Below are positions 9,329 through 18,581 of a stretch of 64,000 nt of DNA, piece by piece. Numbering within the stretch: the first letter of the stretch is position 1; each line of letters begins with the position of its first letter. Under the pieces are notes generated by a model that was given only the letters and a program-made list of their open reading frames with translations, had not been told where the DNA came from and ran no database searches. The position numbers and the translations under genes are program-made. This DNA comes from an uncultured Halobacteriales archaeon (GTDB lineage Archaea > Halobacteriota > Halobacteria > Halobacteriales > SKSH01), in contig CAZCYF010000001.1 of NCBI GenBank assembly GCA_964502835.1, positions 6,666 to 70,665 of the forward strand, read 5' to 3'.

Positions 9329-10983
9329 GCACGCTCGAGGAACCCGCGAAACCCGAGGCGGTCGACATCGAGGCGATCGTCGAGCGCCTCGGCGATCGCG
9401 TGCTCGATCGGGAGGACCACCTCAACGCGCCGGCGGTCGTGATCCGCGCCGATGAGGTCGAGGCGACGCTGGCCATCCTCAGAGACGAGTTCGGCTTCGA
9501 CCACCTCTCGTGTGTCACCGCCGAGGAGTTCCCGGACCGATACGAGAGCATCTACCACCTCAAACAGTACGCCGATCCGACGAACGAGGTGAGCGTCGTG
9601 GTCCCGACCGACCGCGATGCCCCCGTCAGCCAAAGCGCGGCCGGCGTCTTCGAAACGGCCAATTGGCACGAACGGGAGGCGTACGATTTGGTCGGGATCG
9701 AGTACGAGGACCACCCGGACCTGCGTCGCATCCTGCTGCCCGAGTCCTGGACCGGTCACCCGATGACCGATGACTACAACCAGGACAAGCCCCAGGTCGT
9801 CTCCTATCACGCCCACGAGAACCCGTTGTTGGAACACACCGAGGGTGCCGAGAGCGACACGATGCTGATCAACATCGGTCCGCACCACCCGGCCACTCAC
9901 GGCGTCTTGCACCTGCTGGTCACGCTCGACGGCGAGCAGGTCGTCGACGTCGATCCGGACATCGGCTACCTGCACCGGTGTGAGGAGCAGATGTGCGAAC
10001 AGGGCACCTATCGCCACCAGATCATGCCCTACCCCGACCGGTGGGACTACGCCTCAGCGGGCATCCTCAACGAGTGGTCGTACGCACGCACCGCGGAGGA
10101 TCTGGCCGACATCGAGGTGCCCGAGTACGCCCAGGTCATCCGGACGATGGCTGCCGAGCTGTCGCGCATCGCGGCACACTTCCTCGCGCTGGGGACGTTC
10201 GTGCTCGACATCTATGGCGAGTTCAACGCGATGTCGATGTACGCCATCCGCGATCGCGAACGCGCCCAGAAGCTGCTGGAGGACCTGACCGGCCAGCGGC
10301 TCATGTTCAACTACCTGCGCCTGGGCGGCGTCGCGTGGGACATCCCCGAGCCGCGCGAGGAGTTCTTCGAGAAGGTGCGCACCTTTACCGACGAGAACCT
10401 CCCGGAGGCGATTGACGATTACCACAACCTCCTGACGAACAACGAGATCTTCCAGCTCCGCTGTGTGGATACGGGCATCCTCGAGCCGGAGGTAGCCAAG
10501 CAATACGGCGCGACGGGCCCCGTGGCGCGTGCCTCGGGGATCGATTACGATCTGCGCCGTGACGACCCCTACGGCTACTACGACGAACTCGACTGGGAGG
10601 TCGTGACGCTCGACGGCTGTGACGTCTTCTCGCGCGTGCTGGTCCGCGTCCGCGAGGTCGAAGAGTCCGCGAAGATCGTGCGCCAGTGCGTTGACCTGCT
10701 CGAAGACTGGGACGAGGACGACCGGACCATCCAGGCGAACGTGCCCCGCACCCTCAAGCCCGACCCCGACACGCGCATCTACCGCGCGGTCGAGGGGGCC
10801 AAGGGCGAACTCGGTATCTACATCCGAGCCGACGGGACGGACAAGCCGGGGCGGTTCAAGATCCGCAGCCCCAGCTTCTGTAACCTCTCGACGCTGCCGG
10901 AGATGGCCGAGGGGAGCTACGTGGCCGACCTCATCGCCTCGTTGGGCAGCATCGACATCATCCTCGGGGAGGTCGATCGCTGA
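9325..10983 (+). CDS. nuoCD: NADH-quinone oxidoreductase fused subunits C and D
   Basis: N-terminal 30-kDa subunit pattern (NWHEREAYDL) fused to the 49-kDa subunit (NIGPHHPATHGVL ... IRSPSFCNL ... LGSIDIILGEVDR). Confidence 0.95.
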   Translation: MSTLEEPAKPEAVDIEAIVERLGDRVLDREDHLNAPAVVIRADEVEATLAILRDEFGFDHLSCVTAEEFPDRYESIYHLKQYADPTNEVSVVVPTDRDAPVSQSAAGVFETANWHEREAYDLVGIEYEDHPDLRRILLPESWTGHPMTDDYNQDKPQVVSYHAHENPLLEHTEGAESDTMLINIGPHHPATHGVLHLLVTLDGEQVVDVDPDIGYLHRCEEQMCEQGTYRHQIMPYPDRWDYASAGILNEWSYARTAEDLADIEVPEYAQVIRTMAAELSRIAAHFLALGTFVLDIYGEFNAMSMYAIRDRERAQKLLEDLTGQRLMFNYLRLGGVAWDIPEPREEFFEKVRTFTDENLPEAIDDYHNLLTNNEIFQLRCVDTGILEPEVAKQYGATGPVARASGIDYDLRRDDPYGYYDELDWEVVTLDGCDVFSRVLVRVREVEESAKIVRQCVDLLEDWDEDDRTIQANVPRTLKPDPDTRIYRAVEGAKGELGIYIRADGTDKPGRFKIRSPSFCNLSTLPEMAEGSYVADLIASLGSIDIILGEVDR

Positions 10984-12056
10984 TGCCGGCGTGGCCCATC
11001 CAGACCGACACGGTCTTGCTCCCGGATCGACTCGTCGACTGGCTGGGTCTGGAGGGGTTCGGCGTCCTGGGTGAGTTCGCGGCGGGCCTGCTCGCCGCCT
11101 TCCTCATCGCGAACCTGATGCTCGTGATGACGGCGATCGCCGGGCCGTGGGCCAAGCGGAAGATCCGCGCGCGGTTCTCCGACGCGATCGCGGTCAACCG
11201 CATCGGTCCGTTCGGGCTGTTGATCATCGTCGCCGACGCCGTCCGCCTGCTCTCAAAGGAGATCATCATCCCCGAGGGTGCCGACCGACCGGCCTACGAG
11301 CTCGCCCCCATCCTCGTCGCGATGAGCGCGCTGCTCGGCTTCGCCGTCATCCCGATGGGCAACGGCATCCAGGTGGCCGACCCCGAGGTCGGCCTGGTGT
11401 TCGTCTTCGCGGTCGCCTCCCTCGCCAGCCTGGGCCTCGTGATGGGCGGGTACGCGTCGAACAACAAATACTCGCTGTTGGGCGGGCTTCGCGCGGTGGC
11501 CCAGAATCTCGCCTACGAGATCCCGCTCATCCTGGTGGCCGCGTCCGTCGTCATCTTCGCCGGATCGTTACAGTTGAGCGAGATCGTCGCCGCCCAGAAC
11601 GAGGCGCTGTTCACGGTCGCCGGCTACGAGGTCAAGGCCTGGTTCGCCCTGGTGAATCCGTTCGCATTCGCGCTGTTCATCATCGCGAACCTTGCCGAGG
11701 TCGGTCGCAATCCGTTCGACACGCCGGAGGCGCCCAACGAGATCGTCGCCGGCTACCAGACGGAGTATTCGGGCGTCTACTTCGTGTTGTTCTACCTCGG
11801 TGAGTTCATCCACATCTTCCTCGGTGGGGCGATCATCGCCACGTTGTTCCTGGGTGGTCCCGCCGGGCCGGTCCTGCCGGACTTCCTGTGGTTCCTCATC
11901 AAGATCTGGGCGGTCTTCATCTTCACCCAGTGGTGTCGCTCGGCAGTCCCCCGGGTGCGGATCGATCAGCTGCTCGAGATCGGCTGGAAGGGGCTGCTCG
12001 TACTGAGCTTCCTGAACCTGATCCTCACGGCCCTGATCGTGGGGGTGATCGCATGA
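10983..12056 (+). CDS. nuoH: NADH-quinone oxidoreductase subunit H
   Basis: Polytopic membrane protein with EVGRNPFDTPEAPNEIVAGYQTEYSG. TGATG overlap with nuoCD. Confidence 0.95.
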   Translation: MPAWPIQTDTVLLPDRLVDWLGLEGFGVLGEFAAGLLAAFLIANLMLVMTAIAGPWAKRKIRARFSDAIAVNRIGPFGLLIIVADAVRLLSKEIIIPEGADRPAYELAPILVAMSALLGFAVIPMGNGIQVADPEVGLVFVFAVASLASLGLVMGGYASNNKYSLLGGLRAVAQNLAYEIPLILVAASVVIFAGSLQLSEIVAAQNEALFTVAGYEVKAWFALVNPFAFALFIIANLAEVGRNPFDTPEAPNEIVAGYQTEYSGVYFVLFYLGEFIHIFLGGAIIATLFLGGPAGPVLPDFLWFLIKIWAVFIFTQWCRSAVPRVRIDQLLEIGWKGLLVLSFLNLILTALIVGVIA

Positions 12057-12514
12057 TCGGCGTTCTCAAATCCATGGCCACGACGATGAAGCACGCCCTC
12101 AAGGGCGAAACGTTCACCGTCGAGTATCCGGACGTGCCACCGGAGGTGAGCCCGCGATTCCGCGGCGTGCACAAGTACAGCCAGGAGCGATGCATCTGGT
12201 GTCGCCAGTGCGAAAACGTCTGCCCGAACGATACCATCCACATCGTGATGGACGATCAACGCCAGGGCGAGCAGTACAACCTCCACGTCGGCCAGTGCGT
12301 GTACTGTCGCCTCTGTGAGGAGGTCTGCCCGACCGACGCGATCGTCCTCACGCAGAACTTCGAGTTTACCGGCGACACCAAGGACGACCTGGCGTTCAAC
12401 AAGGAGCAGCTCAAGTCGGTCCCGTGGTACGACGACCTCGACCCCCTCGCCGAGCGCGAACCGGATCGCGGCTCGTGGGTCGGGGAGGGCGAGGGAGCGG
12501 TGGACTACCAGTAG
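12053..12514 (+). CDS. nuoI: NADH-quinone oxidoreductase subunit I (2x[4Fe-4S])
   Basis: Two ferredoxin motifs, CIWCRQCENVCP and CVYCRLCEEVCP. The internal ATG at 12053 overlaps the nuoH stop (ATGA). The track ORF start at 11888 lies inside nuoH. Confidence 0.95.
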   Translation: MIGVLKSMATTMKHALKGETFTVEYPDVPPEVSPRFRGVHKYSQERCIWCRQCENVCPNDTIHIVMDDQRQGEQYNLHVGQCVYCRLCEEVCPTDAIVLTQNFEFTGDTKDDLAFNKEQLKSVPWYDDLDPLAEREPDRGSWVGEGEGAVDYQ

Positions 12515-12571
12515 CGATCCACAAACGGCGTCTCGAAATCTTCAAAGGCCCGCCAAGAGCACCCAACACTA

Positions 12572-12847
12572 ATGGCCGAACTTGAGCTTCTCGCCTTTGC
12601 GCTGTTTGCGGCGGTCACGCTTGGCGCAAGTATCGGGGTCGTCCTGGTGCGCGAGCCCTGGCATGCCGCGTTGTTGCTGGGCGTCTCCCTGCTGAGCGTG
12701 GCGATCCACTATGTGATGTTGCAGGCGGAGTTCCTCGCGGCGATGCAGGTCCTGGTCTACGTCGGCGGCGTGTTGGTGTTGATCACCTTCGCCGTCATGC
12801 TCACCGCCCGCGAGGGCGTCACCCTGGGAGGTGTGCTCGACTCATGA
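12572..12847 (+). CDS. nuoJ1: NADH-quinone oxidoreductase subunit J, N-terminal part
   Basis: ND6/NuoJ N-terminal TM pattern (LQAEFLAAMQVLVYVGGVLVLITF). A separate ORF that overlaps the next by ATGA. Confidence 0.8.
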   Translation: MAELELLAFALFAAVTLGASIGVVLVREPWHAALLLGVSLLSVAIHYVMLQAEFLAAMQVLVYVGGVLVLITFAVMLTAREGVTLGGVLDS

Positions 12848-13170
12848 CGAGCCGGCCGCACTTTCGCATCGGGTCGCATCTCGCGCCGGGGGTCGTCGCC
12901 GTGGCGCTGTTTCTCGTGATGGCATACGTCGCCCTGGGCGCGGACCTGCCCACGGCGGCGGGCTTTCCCGCCGCGGAGAGCGTGACCGAAAACATCGGCT
13001 TCGCGCTGTTCAACGTGCCGACCACCATCCCCACCGACGGCTTTCTGGTGGCCTTCATCCTGATCGCACTCGTGCTCGACGCCGCCCTGGACGGGGCGGT
13101 CCTGCTGGCGCGTCGCGAGGAGGAGGGCGAGATGGTGACTGCCCTCGCCGGGGGAGGTGAGGACGAATGA
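12844..13170 (+). CDS. nuoJ2: NADH-quinone oxidoreductase subunit J, C-terminal part
   Basis: Two TM helices plus an acidic tail. Its position between J1 and nuoK matches the split nuoJ arrangement I recall for haloarchaea. Confidence 0.7.
   Translation: MTSRPHFRIGSHLAPGVVAVALFLVMAYVALGADLPTAAGFPAAESVTENIGFALFNVPTTIPTDGFLVAFILIALVLDAALDGAVLLARREEEGEMVTALAGGGEDE
13153..13160 (+). promoter_or_regulatory. Shine-Dalgarno-like site for nuoK
   Basis: GGAGGTGA lies 6 nt upstream of the nuoK ATG (13167), inside the 3' end of nuoJ2. Confidence 0.4.
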
Positions 13171-13472
13171 CGGTCGCGATCGAGTACTACGTCGTCCTCT
13201 CCGCAGCCGTCTTCGCCGTCGGACTGTTCGGCATCCTCACGCGGCGCAACGCGTTGATGTTCCTCATGTCGGTGGAGCTGTTGCTCAACGCCGCGAACAT
13301 CAATTTGGTCGCCTTTTCACTCATGTACGGCTCGCTCACTGGACAGGTGTTCGCGCTGTTCGTGATGGCCCTGGCCGCTGCCGAGGTGGCCATCGGGATC
13401 GGGGTCATCCTGGCGCTGTATCGCAACTTCGGCGAGGTCGACGTGACGCTCGCCGACACGATGAGGTGGTGA
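13167..13472 (+). CDS. nuoK: NADH-quinone oxidoreductase subunit K
   Basis: About 100 aa with 3 TM helices and the conserved MSVELLLNAANINLV and ALAAAEVAIG motifs. Confidence 0.9.
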   Translation: MTVAIEYYVVLSAAVFAVGLFGILTRRNALMFLMSVELLLNAANINLVAFSLMYGSLTGQVFALFVMALAAAEVAIGIGVILALYRNFGEVDVTLADTMRW

Positions 13473-13476
13473 ACCG

Positions 13477-15504
13477 ATGGTGGATCTCCTCGCCGCGACG
13501 CCAGCGATCGCCCTGTTGCCGCTCGCGTCGTTCGTCATCATCCTGGTGTTCGGACGGAGCTTACCCTACCGGGGGGCCGTCCCGGGAATCGTCGCGACGT
13601 TTCTGTCGTTGGTGCTCTCCGTCGCGGCGTTCGCGCTGGTCGCCGATGGCCAAACGTATCACGACGAGCTGTTCGTCTGGGCCGGCGCCGGCGCCGACCT
13701 CGAGCTCTCCCTCGGCGTCCTGATCGACCCGCTGTCGGCGCTGATGCTCGTGATCGTCTCGCTGGTCGCCTTCCTCGTCCACCTCTTCAGCGTCGGCTAC
13801 ATGAACCGCGATCCCGGACACGCCGAGCGCGGCGGGCTCCCGCGGTATTACGCCTCGCTCGGGCTCTTCTCGTTCAGCATGCTGGCGTTCGTCTTCGCCG
13901 ACAATCTGCTGATGGCGTTCATGTTCTTCGAGCTCGTCGGGCTGTGTTCGTACCTGCTGATCGGCTTTTGGTTCACCGACCGAGCCCCGCCGAGCGCGGC
14001 GAAGAAGGCGTTTCTCGTCACCCGGTTCGGCGATTACTTCTTCCTCGTCGGCGTCGTCGCCGTCTTCGCGACGTTCGGCACGGCCGCCTTTGCGGGCGAC
14101 GGGAGCTTTCCCCAGCTCGCCCAGATGATCCTCGGACACGCCGACGCGGCGAGACCGGTCGCCATCAACACCTTCGGCTTCGGGACCGAGACTTGGCTCA
14201 CCATCGTCGGCCTGTTGATCCTCGGCGGCGTCATCGGCAAGTCGGCGCAGTTTCCCCTCCACACCTGGCTGCCCGACGCCATGGAGGGCCCGACCCCCGT
14301 CTCCGCCCTGATCCACGCCGCGACGATGGTCGCCGCCGGCGTCTACCTCGTCGCGCGCATGTACGGCTACTACGCGGTGTTGCCCACCGCCCTCGGCATC
14401 ATCGCCTTCGTCGGCGCCTTCACCGCCCTGTTCGCGGCGACGATGGGCGTGGTCAAAGACGACATCAAGCAGGTGCTGGCGTACTCGACCATCTCACAAT
14501 ACGGCTACATGATGCTCGGCCTCGGCGTCGGAGGGTACGTCGCCGGGACCTTCCACCTCATGAACCACGCCTTCTTCAAGGCGCTGTTGTTCCTCGGGGC
14601 GGGCTCGGTCATCGTCATGACCCACCATCACCAGGACATGTGGAAACTTGGCGGGCTAAAGGACCGGGCACCGGTGACCTATTGGACGTTCGTGGCGGGG
14701 TCGCTCGCCCTGGCCGGGATCATCCCGTTCTCGGGCTTTTGGAGCAAAGACGAGATTCTGTACGAGGCGCTCGTCGCCGGGCTCGAAACGCCGGTGTTGC
14801 TGGTGGCGTACGCGATGGCGCTGCTGGCGGTGTTCTTCACCGGCTTTTATACGATCCGCATGCTGCTGCTCACGTTCCACGGCGAGCCACGGTCCGAGGC
14901 GGCCGCCGATCCCGACCCCGTCGGGCTGCCGATCAAGCTTCCGCTCGTCGTGCTCGGCGTGCTCGCGGTCGTGTCCGGCCTCGTCAACATGGTGCCCGTG
15001 CAGGAGGTGCTCTCGATGGACATCGATTTCCTCGCGCAGTGGCTCGACGGACCGATCGAGGAGACGGCGTATAGCACGTACAGCGCCCTGATCCACGAGA
15101 CGGTGCCCCATGCCGATCTGACGCCGTTGGCGCCCGCGGCGGTCTCCCTCGTGTTGGCCCTAGCCGGTGCGGGGCTGGCGTATCGCACCTACGCCGGTCG
15201 CGAGCCCGACCGGCAGGTCGACCGGTTCGGTGCCGTCGGACGGGTCGTCGAGCACAACTACTACCTCGACGAGGTCCAGGTCTGGCTGGCCCAGGGGGTC
15301 ACCGCGCGCCTCGCCGGCATCGCCGACCTGTTCGACCAGGTGGTCGTCGACGGCCTGGTCAACGCCGCGGGCGGCATCAGCCTGTTCGGCTCCGGGCGTA
15401 TCAAGCGCATCCAGACCGGGACGGTCACCACCTATGCGGCCATGCTCCTGACCGGGCTGTTGGTCATCGTGGTGTTCTTTGGCATCTACGGGGGGTGGTT
15501 GTAG
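13477..15504 (+). CDS. nuoL: NADH-quinone oxidoreductase subunit L
   Basis: Antiporter-like subunit with KSAQFPLHTWLPDAMEGPTPVSALIHAATMV and a long C-terminal extension typical of NuoL. Confidence 0.95.
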   Translation: MVDLLAATPAIALLPLASFVIILVFGRSLPYRGAVPGIVATFLSLVLSVAAFALVADGQTYHDELFVWAGAGADLELSLGVLIDPLSALMLVIVSLVAFLVHLFSVGYMNRDPGHAERGGLPRYYASLGLFSFSMLAFVFADNLLMAFMFFELVGLCSYLLIGFWFTDRAPPSAAKKAFLVTRFGDYFFLVGVVAVFATFGTAAFAGDGSFPQLAQMILGHADAARPVAINTFGFGTETWLTIVGLLILGGVIGKSAQFPLHTWLPDAMEGPTPVSALIHAATMVAAGVYLVARMYGYYAVLPTALGIIAFVGAFTALFAATMGVVKDDIKQVLAYSTISQYGYMMLGLGVGGYVAGTFHLMNHAFFKALLFLGAGSVIVMTHHHQDMWKLGGLKDRAPVTYWTFVAGSLALAGIIPFSGFWSKDEILYEALVAGLETPVLLVAYAMALLAVFFTGFYTIRMLLLTFHGEPRSEAAADPDPVGLPIKLPLVVLGVLAVVSGLVNMVPVQEVLSMDIDFLAQWLDGPIEETAYSTYSALIHETVPHADLTPLAPAAVSLVLALAGAGLAYRTYAGREPDRQVDRFGAVGRVVEHNYYLDEVQVWLAQGVTARLAGIADLFDQVVVDGLVNAAGGISLFGSGRIKRIQTGTVTTYAAMLLTGLLVIVVFFGIYGGWL

Positions 15505-17037
15505 ATGATCCTCGAGGCACTCATCCTGGCCACGTTGCTCGCCGCGGGGGTGGTGTTCGTCGCACCGGACCGGTACGCCGGGCGCCTCGCCTTCTGGCTG
15601 AGCCTGCTGCCGCTGGCCGGCAGCCTCTGGGTCTGGTTCGGCTTCGATGGGAGCGGCAACGCGTTGCGGCTGGGATCCGAGATCGCCTACGAGACCCGCA
15701 TGGAGTGGGTCTCGTTGACCGACTTCTACACGCTCAACTGGCACGTCGGTCTCGACGGCATCAGCGCCCCGCTGCTCGTGATGACCGCCGTGCTCACCAC
15801 CGCGGCGATCGTCAGTGCCTGGACGCCGATCGAGGAGCGCCAATCGCAGTTCTACGGCCTCGTCCTGTTCCTTGAGGCGGCGTTGCTCGGCGTCTTCAGC
15901 GCGCTCGACTTCTTCGTCTGGTTCGTCTTCTGGGAGGCCGTCCTCATCCCGATGTACCTGCTGATCGGCGTGTGGGGCGGCCCGCGGCGCAAGTACGCCG
16001 CGATCAAGTTCTTCGTCTACACCAACCTGGCGAGCCTGCTCATGTTCATCGGCTACGTCGCGCTCGTCTTCGGCCTCGGCGACGCCGTGGGCAGCTTCGA
16101 CATGGTCGAGGTGGCCCAGGCGCTTTCGACCACCGAGCCGGACGCCCTGGGCTGGATCGATCCGGGCACGCTCAAGGCGGCGGCGTTCGCGGCGATGTTC
16201 ATCGGCTTCGCCGTCAAGGTGCCGATCGTGCCCTTCCACACGTGGCTGCCCGACGCCCACGTCGAGGCGCCGACGCCGGCATCGATCCTCCTGGCGGGCG
16301 TCCTCTTGAAAATGGGGACGTACGCCCTGTTGCGGTTCAACTTCACGATGCTCCCCGACCAGGCGATGGAGTTCGCCGAGATCATCGCCGTCGTGGCCGT
16401 CATCAGCGTCATCTACGGGGCCATGCTGGCGCTGGCCCAACGCGATCTGAAGCGCATCGTGGCGTACTCGTCGGTCTCCTCCATGGGCTACGTGATTCTC
16501 GGCCTGATGGCGCTGACGCTGTATGGCGTCGGCGGGGCCACCTTCCAGATGGTCGCCCACGGGCTCATCTCCGGCTTGTTGTTCATGCTCGTCGGGATCA
16601 TCTATAACGAAACGCACACGCGCATGGTGTCGGACATCAGCGGGCTGGCCACCCGGATGCCCCTGACGGTGGCCGCCTTCGTGGCCGGCGCGTTCGCCTA
16701 CATGGGCCTGCCGTTGATGGCCGGCTTCGCCGGGGAGTTCTTCATCTTCGTCGGGTCGTTCGGCTCGACGCACCTCCCGGCCTCCCATCTGGTCACGCCG
16801 GCGGCCATGTTCGGGATCGTGATCGTCGCCGGCTACTACCTCTGGGCCATGCAGCGGTCGCTGTTCGGGTCCTACGAGCTCGCCGAGGGGTATGACGTGG
16901 GTGTCGCCCCGCGCCATGACCTGCTCGCAGCCGGTGGCCTGTTGGCCCTGATCGTCGTGCTGGGCGTCGCCCCCGACCTGATCTTCGACATGATCCGTGA
17001 CGCGACCACGCCGATCCTTCCAGGAGGTGCCAGCTGA
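15505..17037 (+). CDS. nuoM: NADH-quinone oxidoreductase subunit M
   Basis: Antiporter-like subunit with KVPIVPFHTWLPDAHVEAPTPASILLAGVLLK. It starts directly after the nuoL stop. Confidence 0.95.
   Translation: MILEALILATLLAAGVVFVAPDRYAGRLAFWLSLLPLAGSLWVWFGFDGSGNALRLGSEIAYETRMEWVSLTDFYTLNWHVGLDGISAPLLVMTAVLTTAAIVSAWTPIEERQSQFYGLVLFLEAALLGVFSALDFFVWFVFWEAVLIPMYLLIGVWGGPRRKYAAIKFFVYTNLASLLMFIGYVALVFGLGDAVGSFDMVEVAQALSTTEPDALGWIDPGTLKAAAFAAMFIGFAVKVPIVPFHTWLPDAHVEAPTPASILLAGVLLKMGTYALLRFNFTMLPDQAMEFAEIIAVVAVISVIYGAMLALAQRDLKRIVAYSSVSSMGYVILGLMALTLYGVGGATFQMVAHGLISGLLFMLVGIIYNETHTRMVSDISGLATRMPLTVAAFVAGAFAYMGLPLMAGFAGEFFIFVGSFGSTHLPASHLVTPAAMFGIVIVAGYYLWAMQRSLFGSYELAEGYDVGVAPRHDLLAAGGLLALIVVLGVAPDLIFDMIRDATTPILPGGAS
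17023..17029 (+). promoter_or_regulatory. Shine-Dalgarno-like site for nuoN
   Basis: GGAGGTG lies 9 nt upstream of the ATG at 17039, within the 3' end of nuoM. Confidence 0.35.
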
Positions 17038-17038
17038 C

Positions 17039-18538
17039 ATGGTCGAACCGCTCGATCCCTGGACCGCGTTGGCGCCGGCGATGCTGCTGGGGCTGACCGC
17101 GCTCGCCCTGTTCGGGTTCGATAGCATCCGCCGGCAGCCGATCGACCACCGACTGCTCACGGGCACGGCCGCGGCGGGTGCGGGCCTCTCGCTGGCCGTC
17201 GCGGTGTGGTATCTCGCCGTGGGGGTCGGCGATCCCGACCGACGGGGGGTGTTCGAGCTGTTCGACGCCACGCTCGTCGTCGACCAGATGGCGCTGTGGT
17301 TCATGGTGATCGTGGCGATGGTCACGCTGCTGGTCGTCGTGGCCAGCCATGACTACCTCGGCGAGCACCCCCACCGCGGCGAGTTTTACTCGCTCGTGTT
17401 ACTCGCCGCGACGGGCATGGCCACGATGGCGGCCGCGAACAGCCTGGTCACGGCGTTCATCGCCCTCGAGCTCGCCAGTCTGCCCTCCTACGCGCTCGTG
17501 GCGTTCTTCAAGACCAACCGTGGCAGCGTCGAGGGCGGCCTCAAGTACTTCCTGATCGGCGCGTTGTCCAGCTCGATCCTCGTCTACGGCATCAGCCTGG
17601 TCTATGGCGCGACGGGTGCCTTGCAGTTCGACGCGATCGCTGCGGGCGTGCTCGACGGACACACCGGCTTGCTCGCGCTGGGACTGCTCTTCGTCGTCGG
17701 CGGGGTCGCGTACAAGACCGCCTCGGTGCCGTTTCATTTCTGGGCCCCAGACGCCTACGTCGGGGCCCCGACGCCGGTCGCCGCGTTCATCTCCTCGGCG
17801 TCGAAGGCCGCTGGCTTCGTGCTGGCGTTTCGGATCTTCGTCGAGGCGTTCCCGCTCGAGGTCATGCTCGAGCTCGGCGTCGACTGGGTGTTCGTCTTCC
17901 AGGTGTTGGCGGTAGTGACGATGACCCTCGGCAACCTGGCGGCCGCCACCCAGACCGAGGTGAAGCGGATGTTGGCGTACTCGTCGATCGGCCACGCCGG
18001 CTATGCCCTCATCGGGCTGGCCGCGCTCACCGGCGGGGGTGCGTACAACGAGCTCGTCCTCGGGGCGGGCATGTTGCACCTGTTCGTGTACGGCCTCATG
18101 AACACGGGCGCCTTCCTGTTCATCGCCCTCGTCGATTACTGGGAGCTGGGGCGTGGCTTTGACGACCTGAACGGCCTGGGTCGTCACGCACCGGTTCTCA
18201 GCGTCGCGATGACGATCTTGCTGTTCAACCTCGCCGGGTTGCCCATCGGTGGCGGCTTCCTGACGAAGTACGTCCTCTTCGCCGGGGCCGTCAGCGCCGG
18301 CTTCTGGTGGCTCGCCGTCGTGGGCGCCCTCAACAGCGCGCTGTCGTTGTATTACTACTCACGAGTCGTCAAGGCGCTGTGGATCGAGGATGCCGACGAC
18401 GACCTCGAGATCGAGGGCTATCCGGTCGCGCTGTACGGGATGATTCTCCTGGCGGCGGTGTTGACGGTCGTCGCCCTGCCGGCGTTCGGGCCACTGGCGG
18501 AGACGGCGATGGCCGCCGCCGAGACGGTGCTCGGCTGA
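17039..18538 (+). CDS. nuoN: NADH-quinone oxidoreductase subunit N
   Basis: Antiporter-like subunit (KTASVPFHFWAPDAYVGAPTPVAAFIS). The ATG at 17039 lies just after the nuoM stop. The track start at 16997 lies inside nuoM. Confidence 0.9.
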   Translation: MVEPLDPWTALAPAMLLGLTALALFGFDSIRRQPIDHRLLTGTAAAGAGLSLAVAVWYLAVGVGDPDRRGVFELFDATLVVDQMALWFMVIVAMVTLLVVVASHDYLGEHPHRGEFYSLVLLAATGMATMAAANSLVTAFIALELASLPSYALVAFFKTNRGSVEGGLKYFLIGALSSSILVYGISLVYGATGALQFDAIAAGVLDGHTGLLALGLLFVVGGVAYKTASVPFHFWAPDAYVGAPTPVAAFISSASKAAGFVLAFRIFVEAFPLEVMLELGVDWVFVFQVLAVVTMTLGNLAAATQTEVKRMLAYSSIGHAGYALIGLAALTGGGAYNELVLGAGMLHLFVYGLMNTGAFLFIALVDYWELGRGFDDLNGLGRHAPVLSVAMTILLFNLAGLPIGGGFLTKYVLFAGAVSAGFWWLAVVGALNSALSLYYYSRVVKALWIEDADDDLEIEGYPVALYGMILLAAVLTVVALPAFGPLAETAMAAAETVLG

Positions 18539-18581
18539 GCCGTCGATAGGGTTACCCGAACGGCCTCGTTAGTGCCTCAGC

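Noticed and set aside
12572-13170. nuoJ split into two ORFs, considered as a possible frameshifted pseudogene
   Set aside because: Both parts are intact, overlap by a clean ATGA, have an SD-like GGAGGTG before the second part, and together cover the N- and C-terminal NuoJ patterns. I recall the split J1/J2 arrangement as normal in haloarchaea.
15160-17325. 721-aa ORF on the minus strand spanning the nuoL/nuoM region
   Set aside because: It is fully antisense to nuoL/nuoM, which have unmistakable conserved motifs. The translation is R/G/D/H/P-rich and low in complexity with no motif, typical of a shadow ORF in GC-rich DNA where stops are rare.
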